Shown: one piece after another, positions 19,124 to 29,737 of the stretch
How positions within the stretch are numbered: the first letter of the stretch is position 1
Layout: the number at the start of each line of letters is the position of its first letter
DNA from: Thermoanaerobaculia bacterium
Lineage (GTDB): Bacteria > Acidobacteriota > Thermoanaerobaculia > Multivoradales > Multivoraceae
Direction of reading: 5' to 3'
Length of the DNA stretch: 64,000 bases
NCBI GenBank assembly: GCA_963664405.1
Contig: OY761158.1
Location: 928,001-992,000, forward strand
Made by a program: the position numbers and the translations under genes
Notes under the pieces: model-generated
Databases searched by the model: none
Told to the model about the DNA's origin: nothing
The model's input: the letters and a program-made list of their open reading frames with translations, nothing else

Positions 19124-19675
19124 ATGAGCGAGGAAAAGAACGACCATCGCGCCTCCTTTCAGCTGATCCGCGGTGGGCGCGCGGGGAGTGAGGATCAGGG
19201 AGCGATCCAGGTCGTCATGGCCTCACCTGAGCAACAGCCGTTCTCGGTAGAGGCGGTCATTCATGAGGAGGATACCTATCTGGTCCTCTCCTCCGAGCCC
19301 CGACCCGAGCAGACCAGGCCCGAGCACCCGATCCGCATGATGACAGCTCTACTCGAAGTCGAGCCCAAGCCCTTGGGTAGCATTGTGGTACGGCCGGGCC
19401 TTCCCTTGAAGATCCTGGCAGTCGTCCACGATCTCCAGCGCGAGCCCTCATGGAAAGAAGAGTGGGTCATCGCGGCGCTGGCTGGCGCACTCGAGGAAGT
19501 CGAGCGCCGTGAGCTCCGCTCGGTGGCACTCGAAATGCTAGGAGCTGTACACGGCAAGCTGGAGCGGCCTCGCTTCCTCCAGCTGCTGCGGCGCTCGTTG
19601 CAACAGGCCGATGCCAAGAGCCTCGAGCGGGTTTGGCTCATCCCCCCCGACCGGCCCACTCTCGAAAGCATTTAG
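19124..19675 (+). CDS. hypothetical protein, macro-domain-like
   Basis: C-terminal pattern LAVVHD...ALEEVERRELRSVALEMLGAVHG resembles macro folds. Confidence 0.55.
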   Translation: MSEEKNDHRASFQLIRGGRAGSEDQGAIQVVMASPEQQPFSVEAVIHEEDTYLVLSSEPRPEQTRPEHPIRMMTALLEVEPKPLGSIVVRPGLPLKILAVVHDLQREPSWKEEWVIAALAGALEEVERRELRSVALEMLGAVHGKLERPRFLQLLRRSLQQADAKSLERVWLIPPDRPTLESI

Positions 19676-19701
19676 GGAGACACGAGAGGCCGTAGCTGGT
19701 C

Positions 19702-19865
19702 CTAGACCAGCGTTTCCAAAGTTCGCGCACATATCTCGGCCCCTTCTGTCCGCTGACGGCGTTTCGCCTCCTCGACATATTGCCAATATGCCTGCGTCGG
19801 CGCGCCTGGCCAGCGAACAGAATGACCTCGAGCTATGTATACGAACTTTGGAAACGCTGGTCTAG
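19702..19865. mobile_element. palindromic MITE copy 2 (164 bp)
   Basis: Same terminal inverted repeats. The right CTAG supplies the stop of the minus-strand gene ending at 19862. Confidence 0.9.
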
Positions 19866-20506
19866 TCAATCGCGAAGCAGTAGAAGTACCCGTTGCCGCC
19901 AGTTCCCTGCAAATCCTTCTGACCGCAGGCCCGGCTCCCATGAGCCGAGTTCCACGACGACGGTACCTGTCCGCCCCCTTGGCGATCATGGTGGCCGACC
20001 TGCGCACTGCCGGCACCGTTCGTTGTCCAGTTGCTGCAGGTGTGATCTTTGCCGTCGGTGAAACGGGTCCCATCCAACTGGGACCCGGTCAAGATGTCGT
20101 GCATATTGGGATCATCACCCCGGCCGTTGACAACCTCGCCCTTTTCATTGAGCTGCGTCTCTTTGGTGAGACCTACGTTCGAGTAGTGCAGCTCGCTGAC
20201 GTTGGCGGCAACCTGCGCTCCCTTGGCATTGAACCAGGGCCCTGAACCGATGCGGCCTCTGGCATCGACCCCTCCGGAGCCACCCGTGCTCAAATAAGCG
20301 TGCCATGTCTTGGCGCCGCCACCCGCAGCCTTCGCCAACATGGCGCAGTGTCGGTCGGCCCCATCGAGCCCCCCGAGGTTGGCACCGTCACCCGACCCCC
20401 GGCTGGTAATGAAGAAACTCATCGCACCCTTCTCCTGCGAGAGAACGGGCGAAGCCGCCACTGCCAATATCGTTCCAACAAGTAGACATCTGATCTCGAC
20501 CTTCAT
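19862..20506 (-). CDS. secreted Cys-rich lectin/endostatin-like domain protein
   Basis: Signal peptide, GANLGGLDGADRHC, HDILTGS, TCSNWT, FYCFA. Confidence 0.7.
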   Translation of the reverse strand: MKVEIRCLLVGTILAVAASPVLSQEKGAMSFFITSRGSGDGANLGGLDGADRHCAMLAKAAGGGAKTWHAYLSTGGSGGVDARGRIGSGPWFNAKGAQVAANVSELHYSNVGLTKETQLNEKGEVVNGRGDDPNMHDILTGSQLDGTRFTDGKDHTCSNWTTNGAGSAQVGHHDRQGGGQVPSSWNSAHGSRACGQKDLQGTGGNGYFYCFAID

Positions 20507-20653
20507 CGGTTTTCCTCCACACTCCTCATCATACGGGTTCCGGGGTCTGCTAGCCACGAGCCTCACTCCGGAAGGATAGCCTAGCTCACCCATCGACCTC
20601 TACCGGCATACAATGCGTTCTCTCCCAAGCTTCCGACAGGAGGAAGAGATCTC

Positions 20654-22504
20654 ATGCGCTCCAGGCCGCTGACATTGTTTCTCTGTACTGCGCTCTTTGC
20701 GACATACGCGGTTGATTCTGCCAATGCTGCGCAGCAGGCTGCGGCACCCGCCGGCGACGACTGGCCGATGTATCGCGGCGATCTGGCCGGCACCGGCTAC
20801 TCGGCCCTGGCCAAGATCACCCCCGCCAACGTTTCGAGCCTCACGCGGGTGTGGACCTACTCTCTCGAACGCACCAATGGGGGTGGCGGAGGCAACCTCC
20901 AGGCGACGCCCATCGTTGTCGGAAACGTAATGTACCTCCCCGCAGCAGACCGCGTGGTCGCGCTCGAGCCCGCGACAGGGAGCGAGATCTGGCGACATCT
21001 CGTCACTGACGGCAGCCCCTCTCGCCGCGGTGTCGCCTACTGGCCGGGCGAGGGCCGAACGCCCCCACGCATCATCTTCACCGCCGGACGCCGACTGCTC
21101 GCTCTCGATGCCGCGACCGGCGCACCGATCTCGAGCTTCGGGCACAACGGCGAAGTCGACATGGTGGTGCCCTACAACTCGGTTCCTCTCGTCCATCGCA
21201 ATGTCGTCGTCGTCGGCGCCAACACTCCACCTGGAACGAGCGGCGGCATCGGCAATGCAAGAGCCTACAACGCACGCACCGGCGCCAAGTTGTGGGAATT
21301 CAGCTCGGTGCCACTGCCCGGTTCCGTGGGTCATGACACCTGGGAAGGCATGAGCTGGAAGGACCGACTCGGCGCCAACGCGTGGCCGTTCTATTTCACC
21401 GTCGATGATGAGCGCGGGCTCCTCTACATACCGCTCGCCTCGCCCATCCCCGGCTACTACGGTGGCGACCGCAAGGGCGCCAATCTGTTCGGAAACTCCG
21501 TTGTCGCGGTAGACCTCCAAACAGGTGAGTACAAGTGGCACTTCCAGACCATCCATCACGACCTCTGGGATGCTGATCCCCCCGCGCCTCCTGTCCTGTT
21601 CGACATCAAAAGAAGTGATCGAACGATCCCGGCACTCGGCCTGACCACCAAGTCGGGCTACGTCTACATTCTCGACCGTGCCACCGGAGAGCCGATCTTC
21701 GGGGTCGAAGAGCGCGCGGTTCCCGCAAGCGACGTCCCGGGCGAGGCTGCGTATCCGACTCAGCCATTCCCCACGAAGCCGCTGCCGGTGGGTCGTGTGA
21801 GCTACGAGCCTGAGGACCTGGTGACCGCCGCAGACACGAGCGCGGAGCACGCCGCCGCCTGCGCCGAGCTACTCGCGACCCTCGGTGAAGTCCACAACGC
21901 CGGGCCCTTCACCCCCTGGGCCTATCGCACCGACGGCGCTCCCGCCAAGACCACGTTGAATTTTCCCGGAGGCCTCGGCGGACACAACTGGGGCGGCGGC
22001 GCCTTCGACCCATCCTCCGGCTATCTCTTCGTCGTCAACCAGGACGTCGGTGCGCTGGGCTGGATGGTCGACTCCGACGACCCGACGCGAGGGTCGTATC
22101 GGCGCGTCGGCCCAAGGCCCGCAAGCTTTGAAGTTCAAGTCGGGGGAGTCCGAATGCCATGCCAGAAACCACCCTGGGGCCGACTCACAGCGATCGACTC
22201 CTCGACCGGGGACATCGCCTGGCAGCGCCCTCTCGGCATTACCGAGCAGCTCCCTCCAGACCGCCAGAACACCGGACGGCCCGTACGAGCCGCAGCCATC
22301 GTCACCGCCAGTAGCCTGCTCTTCGTCGCTTCGACCGACGACAACCGCTTCCGAGCCTTCGAAGCGACAACGGGCAAGGAGTTGTGGGAAGACCGACTCC
22401 CCCGACACGGAAATGCCAACCCCATGACCTATCGGGGCAACGACGGCAAGCAGTACATCGCTCTGGTCGCGCTCGATACGTTACTCGTCTACGGGCTGCC
22501 GTAG
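20654..22504 (+). CDS. PQQ-dependent dehydrogenase, glucose/quinate dehydrogenase-like, soluble
   Basis: [41 protein letters not shown]. Confidence 0.88.
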   Translation: MRSRPLTLFLCTALFATYAVDSANAAQQAAAPAGDDWPMYRGDLAGTGYSALAKITPANVSSLTRVWTYSLERTNGGGGGNLQATPIVVGNVMYLPAADRVVALEPATGSEIWRHLVTDGSPSRRGVAYWPGEGRTPPRIIFTAGRRLLALDAATGAPISSFGHNGEVDMVVPYNSVPLVHRNVVVVGANTPPGTSGGIGNARAYNARTGAKLWEFSSVPLPGSVGHDTWEGMSWKDRLGANAWPFYFTVDDERGLLYIPLASPIPGYYGGDRKGANLFGNSVVAVDLQTGEYKWHFQTIHHDLWDADPPAPPVLFDIKRSDRTIPALGLTTKSGYVYILDRATGEPIFGVEERAVPASDVPGEAAYPTQPFPTKPLPVGRVSYEPEDLVTAADTSAEHAAACAELLATLGEVHNAGPFTPWAYRTDGAPAKTTLNFPGGLGGHNWGGGAFDPSSGYLFVVNQDVGALGWMVDSDDPTRGSYRRVGPRPASFEVQVGGVRMPCQKPPWGRLTAIDSSTGDIAWQRPLGITEQLPPDRQNTGRPVRAAAIVTASSLLFVASTDDNRFRAFEATTGKELWEDRLPRHGNANPMTYRGNDGKQYIALVALDTLLVYGLP

Positions 22505-22683
22505 CTCCCCCGGTACTCACCAGCCCCCCAGGGTCTGTGACGGCCATTCTTCGGCCGCGGACGCCCCCGTCGCCGCCAACCCCTCCAGATCAGGAGGCCA
22601 AGCATCACCTGTTAGGCTACCTCTCACTGCCTCTACCGGCAGTTGAGCCCGATCTGGCTCGCCGAGATGCCGATCCCTCCCAG

Positions 22684-24138
22684 ATGACCCGGATTGCAGA
22701 GATCGTCGTCGCAACGGCCAGGTCCTGGCCGCGGCGGAGCGCACGCGGATTGCGCGCGGCCGCCCTGTTGCCATTCCTCGGTAGCTTGGCGTGCGTCAGC
22801 GAGGCACCGCGAAAGGGCAAGCCCACTATCGTGATCGTCATCGCCGACGATCAGGGCTGGGGCGACCTCAGCCATCACGGCAACACCAACCTCGAGACAC
22901 CGAACATCGATTCGTTGGCTCGAGACGGCGCCAGCTTCCGCCACTTCTTTGCCAGCGCGGTGTGCTCGCCGACGCGTGCCGAGCTCCTCACCGGCCGTTA
23001 CCATCCGCGAGGCGGCGTACGCGGGACCAGTGCGGGAGCCGAGCGATTGGATCTCGATGAACGTACTCTCGCCGAGACCTTCAAGCATGCCGGCTACGCG
23101 ACCGGCGCCTTCGGCAAGTGGCACAACGGTAGCCAGCATCTCTACCATCCGAACGCGCGTGGATTCGACGAGTTCTACGGCTTCACCTCGGGCCACTGGG
23201 CGCTCTACTTCGATCCACCGCTGGATCACAACGGTCGAGCCGTCCGCGGGAGCGGCTTCATCATCGACGACCTCACCGATCATGCGCTGAGCTTCATCGA
23301 AGACAACGCCGCGAAGGGCGAGCCTTTCTTCCTCTATGTCCCGTACAACACGCCGCACTCGCCGATGCAGGTACCCGATCGCTTCTACGAGCGCTTCGCC
23401 GGCGCGGAATTGCCTCTCCGCCATCGCGACCCGGACAAAGAAGATCTCGAGCACACGCGCGCGGCAATGGCGATGGTAGAGAACATCGACTGGAACGTCG
23501 GCAGACTCCTCCACCGGCTCGACGAGCTCGGTCTGGGGGACGACACCCTCGTTCTCTATATGAGCGACAACGGTCCCAACGGCTGGCGCTGGAACGGTGG
23601 CATGAAGGGGCGCAAGGGCACCCTCGACGAAGGAGGCCTGCGGGTTCCGGCCTTCGTGCGCTGGCCGGGGAAGATTGATGCAGGGCAGGAGGTTGAGCCG
23701 ATCGCTGCCGCCATCGACCTGCTACCGACTCTCGCCGAGCTGGCTGGAGTCGAGGTTGTGGGTGACCGGCCCCTCGACGGCCGGAGCTTGGCGCCGCTTC
23801 TTGTCGGCGAGCGAGCGCAGGAGACGTGGCCGGACCGCGAGATAGCCAGCTTCCACCGTGGCGAGGTCACTCTTCGCACCCAGCGCTTCCGCCTCGACCC
23901 CGAGGGTCGCTTGTTCGATCTGCAAGAGGATCCGGGTCAACGCGTCGACATCACCGACAAGCAACCGGCCGAGGCTCGACGGCTGCAAAGATTGGCGGAA
24001 GAGCTCTCCGCCGAGATGGCCGGAGAGCTCGGGCCGGTAGACGATCGACCGTTCCTTATCGGAGGAGACCGCGATACCTTGGAGACCTGCTCGAGCACCC
24101 GATGCGGCGGGCAGTGGTTTCGTCTTCAACTCTGGTGA
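22684..24138 (+). CDS. Cys-type (formylglycine) sulfatase, probably C-terminally truncated near 24065
   Basis: [35 protein letters not shown]. The tail after DDRPFLIG looks non-homologous. Confidence 0.85.
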   Translation: MTRIAEIVVATARSWPRRSARGLRAAALLPFLGSLACVSEAPRKGKPTIVIVIADDQGWGDLSHHGNTNLETPNIDSLARDGASFRHFFASAVCSPTRAELLTGRYHPRGGVRGTSAGAERLDLDERTLAETFKHAGYATGAFGKWHNGSQHLYHPNARGFDEFYGFTSGHWALYFDPPLDHNGRAVRGSGFIIDDLTDHALSFIEDNAAKGEPFFLYVPYNTPHSPMQVPDRFYERFAGAELPLRHRDPDKEDLEHTRAAMAMVENIDWNVGRLLHRLDELGLGDDTLVLYMSDNGPNGWRWNGGMKGRKGTLDEGGLRVPAFVRWPGKIDAGQEVEPIAAAIDLLPTLAELAGVEVVGDRPLDGRSLAPLLVGERAQETWPDREIASFHRGEVTLRTQRFRLDPEGRLFDLQEDPGQRVDITDKQPAEARRLQRLAEELSAEMAGELGPVDDRPFLIGGDRDTLETCSSTRCGGQWFRLQLW

Positions 24139-26197
24139 GCGCGTCCTTGGCACGAGCACACCGCTCTTCACCTTGATCTTGGCCTCTCTCGGCGCCTTTG
24201 GCCTACCAATCCCGGCAGCCGCGGCGGCTCTCTATTCTCTCTTTCTCGCAGCAACGGCAGTGACGGGTGCTCGTCTCCTACTGCGCCGGGGGGCGCCCGT
24301 GCTGGCGGTGTCGTTCGTGGCGCTGGTCGTATCTGGCTTCGGCAACGTCCTGCACTTTTTCGGTATGGAGACAACGCTCTTCATGTGGCTACTCCTCAGG
24401 GCGGTCTCGGACGCGGTGGCAGATCGATCGAAAGCAGCGGGGCTGGCGATGGGGCTGGCCTGCCTGTGCCGCTATGAAGGCTTCCTGTTCGCTGCAATTC
24501 TGATGGTTGCCATGGCAGTCCGGCGTCGTCGAGCCGCCTGGGGCGCGGCCGCTGCGGCTGTGCCCGTCGTCCTGCCCTGGCTCCTCTTCGCCAGGTTGTA
24601 CTTCGGTTCTGTATTGCCAAGCACTCTCGCTGCCAAGGCCGGTGACGTAGGCTTCGGCGAGTACCTCCGGCGGTCTCTGCTCCTTCAGCTCGACGGTCTC
24701 CACCCACTGCGGCACTTCACGCTCGGTCCTCGGTGGAGTGAGATCGTCGAGTGGGGGTGGCGCTGTTCCCGCTCCTACTTTGGCTCGCCTACGGTGTCAT
24801 CGGCGCGCCGGTTCTGCATCGCTGGCACCTCGTGCCGGCAAGCCTTCTGCTGACCCTGCTCGGCTTTCTTGCAGGGAGCGAAGCACCGTCGCCTCTGCCG
24901 TCTGGCGCGAAGCGGTTGGTTGGCGGGACACTGGCGCTGGCGGTGTGCGTATGGCTGCCTTCGGCGACGCGGGCGGAGAAGTCGTCCCTCGTTGACACCG
25001 GCTACTACGTGGGTCGGGTCAAGGCATACCGAGAGATGGCCGATTGGATCGTAGCCAACGATGCGGCGGATCTCGAGCTCCTCACCCTCGAGCCCGGTTA
25101 TCTGTGCTTCCTGACTGGGAACCCGGCCATCGACCTCGGCGGGCTGGTGACTCCGGGGCTCCACTTCCATGATCCGCGAGATCGACGCAGTCGGGTCGTA
25201 GACGTGGTGGCAAGGCGAGAGCCGCCACTTGTGGTGACGAGTTTCGGGCATCCACCGGGTCTCGGCTTGCCGGGGTACATCATCGTGTACGAGTCGTTCC
25301 CTGGGCGGCAGCTCCTGATGAGGGAGTCGGTCTATCGCTCTCGCTTCGACGCTCTGGCGGCCCGTCGCCTCCGGCCCAGCGAGCCGCCCCGGGGGGGGGC
25401 TGCGGCACCCCTTCGCGTTGGATATGGCTCTGTCGACCACACCGGCGGCGGTGCCGTGGGAGGGCGATGAGACGCCACCATTCGTAATCGACTTCGACGA
25501 GATCTCGTTCGAGCTCGGCACTGCGGATAGGCAGGGAGCCGTGGCTCAGCTCGTAGTTGAGGGAGTGACGGTCCTGCAGACCCGTCCGCCCGGGCGAAGA
25601 TCGGGGGGCCAGCGAGGTATGGAAGGCTCGATGCAGACGATCATCTGGCCAGTGTACCCATGGCAGGGGCGCAGTGCGGTGCTTCGATTCGTCGATGCCG
25701 CGGCCGCGCCACATTGGCTCGACGCAGGGCGAGTTCGTTCACTGCGTCACAGCAGGAGGCTTCTCTTCGATGGCTTCGAGGCAGACGGGTACTCCCAGCG
25801 CTGGGAGGAGGTGTTCGACGGCGGTCCGTCGCCGCTGCGTGACCTCGCTCTCGTGCGGGGCCCTGGTTTCTTGTTATCGGGGTCGGCGGCGTCGAGCTTG
25901 GGGCGGGAAGGCGGGCAGACACTCCGCAGCCTGCCGTTCGCGGTGAGCTCCGACTTTCTCTCGATGCTCGTTCTCGAGTCTGGGGCCGCGACCCGGATCA
26001 CCCTGCGAGTAGCCGGCAGGAGAGTGCGATCCTTCCGTGGTCGCCGAGAGGTGCAGTCGCCGCGAGCGCTGACCTGGAATCTCACACCTTTTCTCGGGCG
26101 TACGGCCGTACTCTCGGTCGTCGATGGCGATCCGAGTGCTCAGCGGGGTGTCGTTGTCGACGAGATCGTGTTCTTCGATCGCGAATCGCCGGGCTGA
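24104..26197 (+). pseudogene. GT-C-like polytopic membrane protein with C-terminal soluble domain. 5' end missing and about 2 frameshifts.
   Basis: Starts mid-motif at [27 protein letters not shown], then GMET, RYEG, YFGSVLPSTLAAK, DLGGLVTP. Split over ORFs 24173, 24751 and 25418. Confidence 0.7.
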
Positions 26198-26274
26198 GGT
26201 GCGGGCGCCGACGACCGTGGCGGCGCAATGGCGCTCGGTGCCGGGCTCGAGATCTACCAGCTGAACGATGTCCT

Positions 26275-27753
26275 CTAGAAGAAGAGCTGAACCCGTTCCC
26301 CGTGGAGCTCATGCACTGTCGAACGGGTGGCGGGCCACATCGGGTCCGCCAGGGTGGAATTCCAGCTCGCAAGCTCGCCTTCGAGACGCTCGACGATCTC
26401 CGGATGCTCCTCGGCAAGGTTGGTCTGCTCACCCTCATCCACAGACAGGTCGTAAAGCACGGTCATCTGGCCCATCGGCGATTCGCCGGAGTGCGCCACC
26501 ACCGGTAACAATCGCGGAAAGGCCGCGAAGTCGTCGTCACCGAGATCGGTCTTGTTCACCTTCCACATTTTCCACTTTCCCCATCGCACCGCGAGATTGG
26601 GCTTGGCACGCCAGAACAGTAGCTCGTGTGGCGGCCCGGTCGCCGCGTCGAGGAGGTGGGGCATCAGATCGACGCTATCAAGCCCGCGCTCTTCGGAACC
26701 GGCGACGGCGGCAAAGGTCGAGTAGAGATCCAGCGAGATGATCGGCTCACGGTACACGGTGCCCCGCGCCAGCCTGGCCGGCCATTTGAAGAGGAACGGC
26801 ACTCGAATGCCGCCTTCGAGGTGATAACGCTTGGCGCCACTCAGAGGCGCGTTGGTGCAGATCTCTGCCGGCATGTAATTGACGCAGCCGTTGTCTGAGA
26901 AAAACACGACCAAAGTGTTCTCCTCGAGCCCGTGCTCACGAAGCTCGTCCACCACGTCGCCGACGTAGTCGTCCAACGACGCCACCATCGCCGAATAGAT
27001 CCGCCTGCCGTCCTCCTCGATGTGGGCATAGCGGTCGGTGTATTCGGCGGTTGCCTGGATCGGCGTGTGGGGGGTCTTGGGGGTGAGCATCAGAAAGAAG
27101 CGCTCTTCCTTGTGACGGGCGATGAAGTCCACCGCCTTGTCGGCATAGACGTCGGTCAGATAGCCCTCGACTTCGACCCGTTCGAAACCGTCGAAAGCCA
27201 TCGCGGGGGTCATCGGCGCCATGTCGGCCGGCCACGATTGCACTCCCTCGACTCTGGAATCGATGTAGGAAGCGCTACTGCCGCCGAAGAATTCGTCGTA
27301 GCCGCGGTTGAGCGGGTTGTGCGGCTCATCTTGGCCGAGGTGCCACTTGCCGATCAGTCCGGTGACATAGCCCGCGTCTTGCATCAGATTGCCCAAAGTT
27401 CTGAGATCGGTCGGCAGCTTCGCGACCCCGCCTCCCGAGTCGTTGAACTCATAGCCGAAGCCGGTCGGGTAGCGACCGGTCTGCAACCCCGCACGAGACG
27501 GACTGCACACCGCGGCGGCGACATAGCCGTCGGTCAGACGAACGCCGTCGCGGGCCAGCCCATCGATATGGGGCGTTTGAATCGTCGTCCCACCGTAAGC
27601 CCCGAGATCACCGTAGCCAAGATCGTCGGCCAGAATGACCACGATATTGGGCGGCTCGTACGAAGTCTCCGTGGACGGTGGCGCGTCGGTTGTGGGCAGC
27701 TCGCCACACGCCGCGAGCGAAAGGGCAAGCAGAAAAGTCGGTGAGCGCCTCAT
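26275..27753 (-). CDS. Cys-type sulfatase, lipoprotein
   Basis: LAAC lipobox, ADDLGYGD, CSPSRAGLQTGR, GKWHLG. Confidence 0.92.
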   Translation of the reverse strand: MRRSPTFLLALSLAACGELPTTDAPPSTETSYEPPNIVVILADDLGYGDLGAYGGTTIQTPHIDGLARDGVRLTDGYVAAAVCSPSRAGLQTGRYPTGFGYEFNDSGGGVAKLPTDLRTLGNLMQDAGYVTGLIGKWHLGQDEPHNPLNRGYDEFFGGSSASYIDSRVEGVQSWPADMAPMTPAMAFDGFERVEVEGYLTDVYADKAVDFIARHKEERFFLMLTPKTPHTPIQATAEYTDRYAHIEEDGRRIYSAMVASLDDYVGDVVDELREHGLEENTLVVFFSDNGCVNYMPAEICTNAPLSGAKRYHLEGGIRVPFLFKWPARLARGTVYREPIISLDLYSTFAAVAGSEERGLDSVDLMPHLLDAATGPPHELLFWRAKPNLAVRWGKWKMWKVNKTDLGDDDFAAFPRLLPVVAHSGESPMGQMTVLYDLSVDEGEQTNLAEEHPEIVERLEGELASWNSTLADPMWPATRSTVHELHGERVQLFF

Positions 27754-27831
27754 TAGACCTCCGGTAGCGTGAAGAACGTGAGTACCCTATGCTGACAGAA
27801 TCGGTCGTAGCGAACCAGGACCGATTAGAAG

Positions 27832-29298
27832 ATGAGCTCGGTAACGCCCTTCCTCCCCGCTCTGCTACTCCTCGCTGGGTGCCGGGGTCCAGATCCTTCT
27901 CGCCGTGACTCTCGTCGAGCAACCTTCCCCGCACTGACGGTCGCCGAGGCTCCAACAACGGCGAGGACCCCGGAGGGTCAGTACATCTCGTGGAAGGAGC
28001 ACCGCATCGACGATCAAGACCTGAACGGCGGCATCGAGCTGCGCGGCGGTGACGGCCTCCAGATGGCCGACCTCGATCGCGACGGTCACCAGGACATCGT
28101 CTCGGTCCACGAAGACAACTACCACATTCGTCTCGCCTTCGGCACCGACGATCCGGACCGGTGGGAGCTCGCGACCTTGGCGGAAGGCGAGGAGGCGAAC
28201 GCCGCCGAAGACGTCTCGATCGCGGACGCCAATGGCGACGGCTGGCTGGACATCGTCGCCGCGACCGAGCTGGCGCACCTGATCTACTTCCAGAACCCCG
28301 CAGACCCCACCGAGACACGCAGTGGCGCATGGCCGCGCACGATCCCGCCGGGCACACGAGACCGAGGCTCCTGGATCCGGGTCTTCTTTGGCGACTTCGA
28401 CGGCGACGGCAGGCCGGAAGTCTCGGGTCCGAACAAAGGCGACCAACTTCCCGCCGAAAAAGAAGGACCGGCCGAGTTCGCACCCAAAGAGATCTCCTGG
28501 TTCGAGCTACCCGGGGACCCTCTTGCCGGCGATCTGTGGGAAGAGCACGTGCTGGTGCGGATCAAGATCCCGATGAACGCTCGACCTGTAGACCTCGATC
28601 GCGACGGCGACCTCGACATTCTCGGTGGCAGCCGCTTCGAGATGCGCCCCTTCTGGTTCGAGAATGTCGGAGGGTCGCCGACCGACTTCGAGCTTCACCC
28701 GATCGACGTAAGCGGTCGCAACCAGGCGCAGCCGGAGATCTTCGGCGGCAAGTGGCTGACAGCGATGAACGTCGTCATCGAAGACCTCAACGACGACGGC
28801 CGGCTCGACATCATCCTCCAGGAGACGCCCTTCATAGTCAGCTGGATGGAGCAGCCTCCAAGCTTCAACCAGCCCTGGCAGCTACACAAGATCGGCGACT
28901 TGAGCCCCGACACGTCGACCGGTCTTACCTTGGTCGACATCGACGGCGACGGGCGCAAGGATCTATTCACCGGCGGCTACAGCCAGAACCCTCGCGATCA
29001 TGACGGTGAGGACATCACCACGAACAGCCAGACCGGACGCCTTGCATGGTGGAAGCAGCCGGCGGACCCGAGCGCCGAGTGGACCCTGCACAACGTCAGC
29101 CGTCGCAAGCGCGGCATGTACGACCAGTTCGTCGCCCGCGACATGGATGGTGACGGAGACGTCGACTTCGTCACCACGCGAGGCAACAGCGGGACTTACG
29201 ACGGCGTACTCTGGCTCGAGCAGGTCCGCACTGCCGAGCAGACCCGGTCGTTCCTGCCGGCCCGCGAGAAGGAGAGCGCCCACCTCCCCCTGCCCTAG
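27832..29298 (+). CDS. FG-GAP/VCBS repeat lipoprotein
   Basis: LAGC lipobox and about 7 DxDxDGxxD repeats. Confidence 0.88.
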   Translation: MSSVTPFLPALLLLAGCRGPDPSRRDSRRATFPALTVAEAPTTARTPEGQYISWKEHRIDDQDLNGGIELRGGDGLQMADLDRDGHQDIVSVHEDNYHIRLAFGTDDPDRWELATLAEGEEANAAEDVSIADANGDGWLDIVAATELAHLIYFQNPADPTETRSGAWPRTIPPGTRDRGSWIRVFFGDFDGDGRPEVSGPNKGDQLPAEKEGPAEFAPKEISWFELPGDPLAGDLWEEHVLVRIKIPMNARPVDLDRDGDLDILGGSRFEMRPFWFENVGGSPTDFELHPIDVSGRNQAQPEIFGGKWLTAMNVVIEDLNDDGRLDIILQETPFIVSWMEQPPSFNQPWQLHKIGDLSPDTSTGLTLVDIDGDGRKDLFTGGYSQNPRDHDGEDITTNSQTGRLAWWKQPADPSAEWTLHNVSRRKRGMYDQFVARDMDGDGDVDFVTTRGNSGTYDGVLWLEQVRTAEQTRSFLPAREKESAHLPLP

Positions 29299-29737
29299 CC
29301 GGGGAAAATGATGGATATCATTTCCCCCGACTAGTTGTTCTTTGGCGCCGAGGACGGCGCACTCAGGCGGTGCTTCCTATTCGCTCCGGGCAGCGGTCCG
29401 GTTTCCTTCCGCGCAGACTCCTCTAGGAAGCCTGGACCACAGGAGCTACGGGTGCGCCGTCCTCGGCGTCCTTCCCGAGAGCGGCTCCGCAGGAGCCGGT
29501 CGAGTTGACCGCCGTGGAGCTCGCGCCAGCGAGGTCACAAGAACAACAATGAGCCGGAGGAAATGATAGCCATCATTTCTGGAGGCGAAGCCCGAACGCT
29601 AGGAGAGTGTCCGAGTATTCGGCCAGAGCCGTTTCCCGGAGCGAGTAGGAAGCAACGCCCTAGTGCGCCGTCCTCGGCGCCAACAACAATGAGCCGGAGG
29701 AAATGATAGCCATCATTTCTGGAGGCGAAGCCCGAAC
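29299..29737. repeat. mosaic palindromic intergenic repeat (second family) containing a 56-bp exact direct repeat
   Basis: 29299-29390 is an imperfect inverted copy of ~29635-29724. 29542-29597 is identical to 29682-29737. Confidence 0.8.

Noticed and set aside
19538-20245. Family of similar short ORFs (RPAFPKF..., NFGNAGL..., ELWKRWS...), also near 18103, 40306, 49502 and 52227
   Set aside because: They are translations of the MITE copies, not independent genes.
29542-29737. Possible CRISPR array from the 56-bp direct repeat
   Set aside because: Only two copies, too long, one overlaps a CDS end, and no cas genes are present.
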